Source: Candidatus Adlerbacteria bacterium
GTDB lineage: Bacteria; Patescibacteriota; Minisyncoccia; Phycocordibacterales; SBAW01
Direction: 5' to 3'
Assembly (NCBI GenBank): GCA_003135635.1
Contig: PLCJ01000002.1
Span: 44,898 to 108,897, forward strand
Length of the DNA: 64,000 nt
This document shows, one piece after another, positions 59,129 through 64,000 of this stretch. The position numbers and the translations under genes were made by a program. Under the pieces are notes generated by a model, which was not told the origin of the DNA, made no database searches, and worked only from the letters and a program-made list of their open reading frames with translations. Numbering within the stretch: position 1 is the first letter of the stretch; every line of letters starts with the position of its first letter.

Positions 59129-59159
59129 GGTTCCAACTTTGTACCAGACACCCAGTCAA
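59129..59159 (+). repeat. cassette-boundary box, copy A (GGTTCCAACTTTGTACCAGACACCCAGTCAA)
   Basis: One of four copies of a ~31-nt box (59129, 59679, 60324, 61830). A TATAAT lies just downstream at 59165. Confidence 0.75.
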
Positions 59160-59176
59160 CTCGGTATAATGCTTAC

Positions 59177-59677
59177 GTGACATACAAATCCAAACTTATA
59201 GTCATTCGAGGCAATTCAGGTGTAGGTAAAAGTACTATAGCCAAGAAATTAAGAAACCCTAGCGATCGTAAAATAGCTATCGTCGAGCAAGATTACCTGC
59301 GTCGTTCCATCTTGGGTGAAAAGGAGAAGAAGGACGGCGATAATATTGATTTAGTGTTTCAAACAGTATCGTTCGCTCTTTCTCGAAAGTATGACGTGAT
59401 TCTTGAAGGAATCTTAAGTTTCTCGCGATATGGGACGATACTTAAAAATTTAAGAGATACTTGTCCAGAGAATTATTTCTATTATCTCGATATTTCCCTG
59501 GAAGAATCATTTAAACGGCATGCCACAAAACCAAACTCTCATGAGTTTGGGGAAGAAGAGATGACCCAGTGGTATAGACCTTTGGACTTATTAGGCTTCA
59601 CAAACGAGGTGTTAATTCCTGAGACCTCTTTGCTGGATGAGACTGTAGAGACCATACGCACCCAGACGGGCTTATAG
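59177..59677 (+). CDS. P-loop NTPase of the small kinase type (AAA_33/zeta-toxin-like fold)
   Basis: GTG start. Walker A GNSGVGKST, a 166-aa kinase-like architecture with lid region. Confidence 0.55.
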   Translation: MTYKSKLIVIRGNSGVGKSTIAKKLRNPSDRKIAIVEQDYLRRSILGEKEKKDGDNIDLVFQTVSFALSRKYDVILEGILSFSRYGTILKNLRDTCPENYFYYLDISLEESFKRHATKPNSHEFGEEEMTQWYRPLDLLGFTNEVLIPETSLLDETVETIRTQTGL

Positions 59678-59678
59678 T

Positions 59679-59738
59679 AGTTCCAACTTCGTTCCACACA
59701 CCCAGCCAGTTTGAGATAGGTTCGGACTCCGAGGAGAG
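59679..59738 (+). repeat. cassette-boundary repeat copy B (31-nt box plus the 29-nt tRNA-Gln-flank-like segment)
   Basis: AGTTCCAACTTCGTTCCACACACCCAGCCAG followed by TTTGAGATAGGTTCGGACTCCGAGGAGAG. Near-identical to the tRNA-Gln 3' flank. Confidence 0.8.
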
Positions 59739-59751
59739 TAAAGAAATTTCC

Positions 59752-60324
59752 ATGCCCTCACGTCCAAAATATGCGACCCCTAATTTTTTAGAGTTTTATG
59801 CGCTCTTCCCATTTCCGGATCCAAAATCAAAACATACTGCAGATCTAGCGCTCTCATACTACATATACGCTGAGTATCAATACTTCGCTTACGTCAATAC
59901 ATATACTAAGTTTTTTAAAATAGAAAATCCTAGCCATGATGAAGTAATGGCTCATCTTCGTGAATCCTGGTCATTCGCATTTGGAATGTATGGACAGCTT
60001 CGCACGACCATCGAAGCCTTGAGGGGGATGAGAAAAATGATAGGTGATAAAGAACCCATAGACAAGTATTACGAAGAAAATATTTCCCGGCTCGTGGATG
60101 TCATGAATGACATCGTTAAACATCCAATGTATAAGCATTCAGAGCCGTCGGAAGCTTGTGAACCACAGGCACTTTCTATGAATGGTGAAATAGATATAAT
60201 CACCTGGTCTGACGAGGGAGAATCGTCCAAAGAAACCCTCGACCCAGGGAAGGACTTCATGGTTATACATGACTACCTTGAGTATCTGGCCGAGAGGCTC
60301 TCAGGTACTAAGAAAACAAGTTGA
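59752..60324 (+). CDS. hypothetical protein (190 aa)
   Basis: ORF immediately after repeat copy B. No recognisable motifs. Confidence 0.4.
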   Translation: MPSRPKYATPNFLEFYALFPFPDPKSKHTADLALSYYIYAEYQYFAYVNTYTKFFKIENPSHDEVMAHLRESWSFAFGMYGQLRTTIEALRGMRKMIGDKEPIDKYYEENISRLVDVMNDIVKHPMYKHSEPSEACEPQALSMNGEIDIITWSDEGESSKETLDPGKDFMVIHDYLEYLAERLSGTKKTS

Positions 60325-60382
60325 GTTCCACCTTTGTACCAGACGGTCGGCCAGTTTGAGATAAGTTTGGACTCCAAGGAAT
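60324..60382 (+). repeat. cassette-boundary repeat copy C
   Basis: AGTTCCACCTTTGTACCAGACGGTCGGCCAG followed by TTTGAGATAAGTTTGGACTCCAAGGAAT, ending at the ATG 60383. Confidence 0.75.
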
Positions 60383-61495
60383 ATGAAAAACAAAGAAGTA
60401 AAAACCAACCTAGAAGAATTTTACAAGAAGGTAAGGGCTTACCGGGATTTGCTTTTGGAATCTCGAAATGCCTACATGCCAGAGATTGAAAAGAATCATG
60501 AGCAAATTGCTCAGCAAAAAAAGGATTTGATACGTGATTACGCAAAACTGCAATCTGTAATAGAAAAATTTGGGAAAAAGCCGAAGATGAATGATGGTGT
60601 TTGGAATGTTTGGTTTTCTCCCTACGATAATGCTTTTACAAGCGACACTTTGATTAGGGTTGGGCCATCTCTTGATGCGGTGTTAGAAGACCTTGATTTT
60701 GCGATAGGAAAACTAGAAGGCATCGACGACGAAGAGGAAGTTTTAATAAAACCCAAAGAGCATAAAATTAAAAAGTCTCCTGTGTTAAAAGAAGGAGAGG
60801 ATTTTTTGAGTAAAATTGACCGCGCGATTAACTTAGCTGAGCAAAAGTTGCTAAAGGGAGAGGAACTTAATAATTTAATTTCGGATTTGAAATCCTATAA
60901 GCCACCAACAGAATCTGAGGAAATACCCAAAAGAAAACTTGAGAAAATTCAACGCGAGCCAAATACGGTTTGGAGCGACCCAAAAGGTTACGCAATCGGT
61001 GGTGTTGCGCTACTCTCTCCTTGGAGAGAGGTATTTTTGGAGCTAACTTCGCCTGAGAAATCGTCGTCCCAAAGATATTTTCGTCCCGGTTCAAGAGAGG
61101 AAATACTCGCATATCTGCGACCTCTAGTATCTTCTGCAAAGAGTATTCGAATATACGATAATTATCTTGGCGATGAGGTGTTAAAGCTCTTAGAAAGCAG
61201 TGCAAGTGATGCTGAAATACAGATTCTCGGGGGTGGAGGTCAGGTTGATCCTCGTTTTATTAGTAAACTCCCTGCGTTTGCGACATATTTCGATAAAAAA
61301 ATAGAGGCTAAAAAAACGTCGAAGGTTGCTCATGCGCGCTTCTACATTGTTGATACTCTCGTTTACCATGTAGACCCCTCTCTAAAAGGCAACGGTGCTG
61401 ATCAAGCGACAGTTATATCTCCTCTTGAAAAGACAGAAGCAGAAAAGGTAATTAATGATTTTGAGCAATGGTGGTCGTTGGGAGAGAAAATTTAG
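60383..61495 (+). CDS. hypothetical protein: N-terminal coiled coil, C-terminal domain with a PLD-like HxR/K...D motif (tentative)
   Basis: 370 aa. Charged helical N-terminal half; the C-terminal 130 aa contain KVAHARFYIVD and a GGGG loop. Confidence 0.4.
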   Translation: MKNKEVKTNLEEFYKKVRAYRDLLLESRNAYMPEIEKNHEQIAQQKKDLIRDYAKLQSVIEKFGKKPKMNDGVWNVWFSPYDNAFTSDTLIRVGPSLDAVLEDLDFAIGKLEGIDDEEEVLIKPKEHKIKKSPVLKEGEDFLSKIDRAINLAEQKLLKGEELNNLISDLKSYKPPTESEEIPKRKLEKIQREPNTVWSDPKGYAIGGVALLSPWREVFLELTSPEKSSSQRYFRPGSREEILAYLRPLVSSAKSIRIYDNYLGDEVLKLLESSASDAEIQILGGGGQVDPRFISKLPAFATYFDKKIEAKKTSKVAHARFYIVDTLVYHVDPSLKGNGADQATVISPLEKTEAEKVINDFEQWWSLGEKI

Positions 61496-61535
61496 TCACT
61501 CCGAGGAGCGTCAAAATGGTAGAGTAAAAGCATCT

Positions 61536-61787
61536 ATGACCAAAAAAGGGATCACCGGTGGCATAGTACACAAATTGCCGGAGGACTTACGAAAGGCCAT
61601 TACTTCAACGCCTGCGGCGCGAGCAGTATGGGAGGATATTACACCACTTGCGCGCAATGAGTGGATCTGCTGGGTCATTTCTGGGAAAAAAGCGGAGACA
61701 AGGAGTATCCGTATCAAGAAGGCACTCTCGAAACTTAAAGGCGGAATGCGCAGGCCTTGTTGTTGGGCCGGCTGTATTCATCGTTGA
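61536..61787 (+). CDS. YdeI/OmpD-associated (bacteriocin-protection) family small protein
   Basis: LPEDLRKAITSTPAARAVWEDITPLARNEWICWVISGKKAETRSIRIKKAL matches the YdeI C-terminal consensus. Start at the internal ATG of ORF 61455..61787. Confidence 0.55.
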   Translation: MTKKGITGGIVHKLPEDLRKAITSTPAARAVWEDITPLARNEWICWVISGKKAETRSIRIKKALSKLKGGMRRPCCWAGCIHR

Positions 61788-61829
61788 AAGCGACGCCCCT
61801 GATGTTTTTCAATCTCTCTGACATAACAT

Positions 61830-61860
61830 AGTTCCAACATCGTACCAGACAGTCGGTCAA
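61830..61860 (+). repeat. cassette-boundary box, copy D (AGTTCCAACATCGTACCAGACAGTCGGTCAA)
   Basis: Fourth copy of the 31-nt box, upstream of the promoter for ORF 61977. Confidence 0.75.
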
Positions 61861-61926
61861 AGATTTTAGTTTGTAAAATAAGATGGTTTTAAAACAAGAG
61901 AATCAGACGATAGAACCTAATTTGGT

Positions 61927-61954
61927 TTGACATCAAGAAGTAGTTTGGTAGTAT
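61927..61954 (+). promoter_or_regulatory. sigma70-like promoter: TTGACA, 16-nt spacer, TAGTAT; followed by AAGGAG RBS 8 nt before ATG 61977
   Basis: -35 at 61927-61932, -10 at 61949-61954, Shine-Dalgarno at 61963-61968. Confidence 0.5.
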
Positions 61955-61976
61955 CGCCGCAGAAGGAGTACTACAC

Positions 61977-62306
61977 ATGCTTCCAACTATGGCAGAGCGT
62001 GTCGCCACTGGCGCGGGCCTGCTCGATAAAGTAAGACCCGGCTGGGCTCGTCAAATCTCGATCCCCGCCATGGACATGGGCGACGTCGGTTTCTGTGTGC
62101 TCGGCCAGATCTTTGGTGATTACACAACCGGACGCGTAACTCTTGGCCTCAGCAAGAAAGACACAATCGCCCACGGGCTCTTGCTTACATATGCCGGCAT
62201 GCCCGGGGAGGAGCAGTACAGCGAACTTGCCGCTCTCTGGCATCAGCAAATCAAACGTCGGAGGGGACTGCGTGCATTTGGCCATTTCATCTTGCCTGCC
62301 GGCTAG
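61977..62306 (+). CDS. hypothetical protein with conspicuously GC-rich third codon positions (putatively horizontally acquired)
   Basis: 109-aa ORF with its own promoter and RBS. Local GC and GC3 are visibly higher than in flanking genes. The antisense ORF 61971..62420 is rejected. Confidence 0.45.
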   Translation: MLPTMAERVATGAGLLDKVRPGWARQISIPAMDMGDVGFCVLGQIFGDYTTGRVTLGLSKKDTIAHGLLLTYAGMPGEEQYSELAALWHQQIKRRRGLRAFGHFILPAG

Positions 62307-62498
62307 CAGTAGCTCCGCGCTCCACAAAGAAGCTCCTCGCTTCTGTGTGGGGCTTCTTTGTATGTACCGAGTAAGGTAGTAGGTTAGAATGTCTACCAAG
62401 TCCTCACCACAACAAACCATGAATAATCCGAAAGGCTCACTAAAGAGGTTCTAACGTCGTCCAAGCCACGCAGCAAAAAAAATTAAAAACTATGGGAA

Positions 62499-63383
62499 CT
62501 ATTGCACGGCATCAGTGAATATTACCAATCTTTGAGTATAGCTTAATTGGGACTGATTCCAGGTTCCTTCGCAAGTGATAAGAACGAGATGAGCGCCATT
62601 GTCTTGGGAGATAAAAACATCAGTAGCATCCGCTGTAGGATCGTACAGACGGCTCTCGCGAACCACGAAAGTGATTGTTTGTCCCTTGTCGTTTAGAACA
62701 TACAACTTGTCCCCCGGCAGTAACTCATTCAAATTATAAAACACGCCTTGTTTCGTCACTGTGCTGTTGCGTATCTGAGCAACATGCCCAGTAATAATGG
62801 CATTGCCTTCTTCTCCAGGGTGCGGACTGCCCGTATACCACCCCACATCGACAATATTGGTCGGTATTTCCATTGTCCCGTCCGACTTGAGACCAGTATA
62901 CTGGAAGCCTGCATCAATGTTGAGCTTTGGAATCATGAGACGCACGGGAGACCCGTCCCCATTGTTCGCGATGGCCATGCTTGTCGTTGCAACTGAAGTA
63001 GTCGTTGTTGCAACAGAACTTTGCACCCCTATTGCACTGATTGGTGCTTGCGGAGCAGTCGCGTTAATTTTCCTTCTCGAGATAGGGCCGAAAAAACCGG
63101 CTGGAGGATAAACACCTGCCAATGCCTGCCACGTGCTAACAGCAGTTCTGGTCAAGGGGCCAAAGTAACCTGTTGGGGTAACAATTTTTAGAAAACCGCT
63201 ATCAATTAAAAATTGTTGCAGGGCGGATACGTCGTTCCCATAACTCCCGAAAGCAAGGTTACGCGCAAACGAAAAAGTCGTTGAAGACGTGATGGATGAG
63301 AAATCCTGTGCACGCGCACCGCTTCCAATCATAAAGACACAAATGAGCAATACAATAAAACATATTTTATTCGACGCTCTCAT
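62499..63383 (-). CDS. sortase-family transpeptidase with N-terminal peptidoglycan-binding (PG_binding_1-like) domain
   Basis: N-terminal signal/TM; PG-binding motif NDVSALQQFLIDSGFL...GYFGPLTRTAVSTWQ; sortase beta-barrel with a catalytic Cys in LVLITCEG (TLxTC motif) and a conserved His upstream. Confidence 0.65.
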   Translation of the reverse strand: MRASNKICFIVLLICVFMIGSGARAQDFSSITSSTTFSFARNLAFGSYGNDVSALQQFLIDSGFLKIVTPTGYFGPLTRTAVSTWQALAGVYPPAGFFGPISRRKINATAPQAPISAIGVQSSVATTTTSVATTSMAIANNGDGSPVRLMIPKLNIDAGFQYTGLKSDGTMEIPTNIVDVGWYTGSPHPGEEGNAIITGHVAQIRNSTVTKQGVFYNLNELLPGDKLYVLNDKGQTITFVVRESRLYDPTADATDVFISQDNGAHLVLITCEGTWNQSQLSYTQRLVIFTDAVQ

Positions 63384-63538
63384 AGGCTATACCATTATGC
63401 CATTATTTAAAAAGGATTTTCTAGGTAGGAGACTAGTACGATTGAAACTGTAGGCTGATATACTTGGCCTTGATGGAGGAATCAAAAGCATATGTCGAAC
63501 ATACCGGCAGAGCGGTTGAAGATAATCGTTTTAGCCAC

Positions 63539-64000
63539 ATGATGGCCATTACACTTGACCCACGCTCTGCATATAAGCGAGGTGTCATTCGTTGCATTAC
63601 GAGCAGAGAAGGAAATGTTGCAGAAGAAGGATATATAGATAGAAGCGAACTGTATACGGTATCGGGAGATACACTCGAACACTTTACGGTTGGAGAGCGA
63701 TTACAGATTAAAAATGAGAAAGAAATTATAGAGCAACTGAGTAGAAAGGGGTTAGATTACCTCGGCCTTGAAGACCCAGATATTTGGATTGATGAAAATA
63801 TAGGATTAACGCACCTGTATTTTACGATACCCTTTATCAGTAAAGATAAGGACGAACAGCTCTCACAAATTCATCTGGGACATGCTGTTGGCAAAGATTT
63901 AGATTCTCTTGAAATGACCCTGCCGGCTCTCCAAGCAGATTTAAGTGGGAAAAATACTGCAAAAGAAGCTTCTATTGCACCCCTCAATAACAGGGGTATT
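63539..64000 (+). CDS. hypothetical protein, 3'-partial (frame open to window end)
   Basis: ATG at 63539 and no stop in frame through nt 64000 (154 codons). Absent from the ORF track, which presumably requires a stop. Confidence 0.4.
   Translation, partial: MMAITLDPRSAYKRGVIRCITSREGNVAEEGYIDRSELYTVSGDTLEHFTVGERLQIKNEKEIIEQLSRKGLDYLGLEDPDIWIDENIGLTHLYFTIPFISKDKDEQLSQIHLGHAVGKDLDSLEMTLPALQADLSGKNTAKEASIAPLNNRGI

Noticed and set aside
59129-59170. Reading box A purely as a sigma70 promoter (TTGTAC ... TATAAT)
   Set aside because: The spacing between the TTGTAC-like hexamer and TATAAT is about 20 nt (too long). The box also recurs with different downstream sequence in copies B-D, so a recombination or cassette-boundary role is the better fit. 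Promoter activity is not excluded.
61971-62420. 149-aa minus-strand ORF overlapping the high-GC ORF
   Set aside because: The plus-strand ORF has a canonical promoter and RBS, and the GC3-rich codon periodicity is on the plus frame.
1-64000. CRISPR arrays, rRNA genes, transposases and integrases
   Set aside because: No regularly spaced direct repeats with unique spacers were seen, no rRNA-like conserved stretches, and no ORF with a recombinase or transposase signature (DDE, R-H-R-Y or serine-recombinase motifs).

Overview
64 kb of a compact, gene-dense bacterial chromosome using the standard code (TGA, TAA and TAG all terminate CDSs here). From gene content alone it most plausibly belongs to a small-genome Patescibacteria/CPR-like organism: a minimal RNase P RNA, a short DnaX (351 aa), a 728-aa ValRS and a short four-domain ribosomal protein S1; this placement is inference only. 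Most of the window is housekeeping: htpX, alr, murJ, lepA, valS, tsaD, gnd and pgl, trxB, ftsZ-ftsA, ybeY-rpsU, hisS-like, lepB, pth, rpsA, gyrA, infB-rbfA, iscS, clpB, miaA, parB, relA/spoT, topA, serS, ftsQ-like, dus, dnaX, rpmG. I called 15 tRNA genes and one RNase P RNA (rnpB); the RNA genes and the L33 gene are below the ORF-track cutoff. Four accessory or unusual regions stand out. (1) 34.1-35.7 kb: four tandem small two-TM paralogs with a VirB2/TrbC-pilin-like architecture behind an orphan solute-binding protein, echoed at 45.3-48.6 kb by a protein fusing the same pilin-like module to an SLT lytic-transglycosylase domain, with an MliC-like lysozyme-inhibitor gene nearby. (2) 36.1-37.9 kb: a ~1.8 kb almost ORF-free tract between tRNA-Leu(TAA) and tRNA-Lys holding a long-range 19-bp inverted repeat, strong hairpins, an 81-aa zinc-ribbon ORF and a degenerate copy of the tRNA-Leu 3' end, possibly a decayed integrative element or a large structured RNA. 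(3) 58.7-62.3 kb: an array of single-gene cassettes anchored at tRNA-Gln, each bounded by a conserved ~31-nt box and/or a ~34-nt copy of the tRNA-Gln 3' flank; no integrase is present in the window. (4) A HisRS homolog whose catalytic motif-1/2 region is replaced by low-complexity sequence. No CRISPR array, rRNA or transposase was seen.
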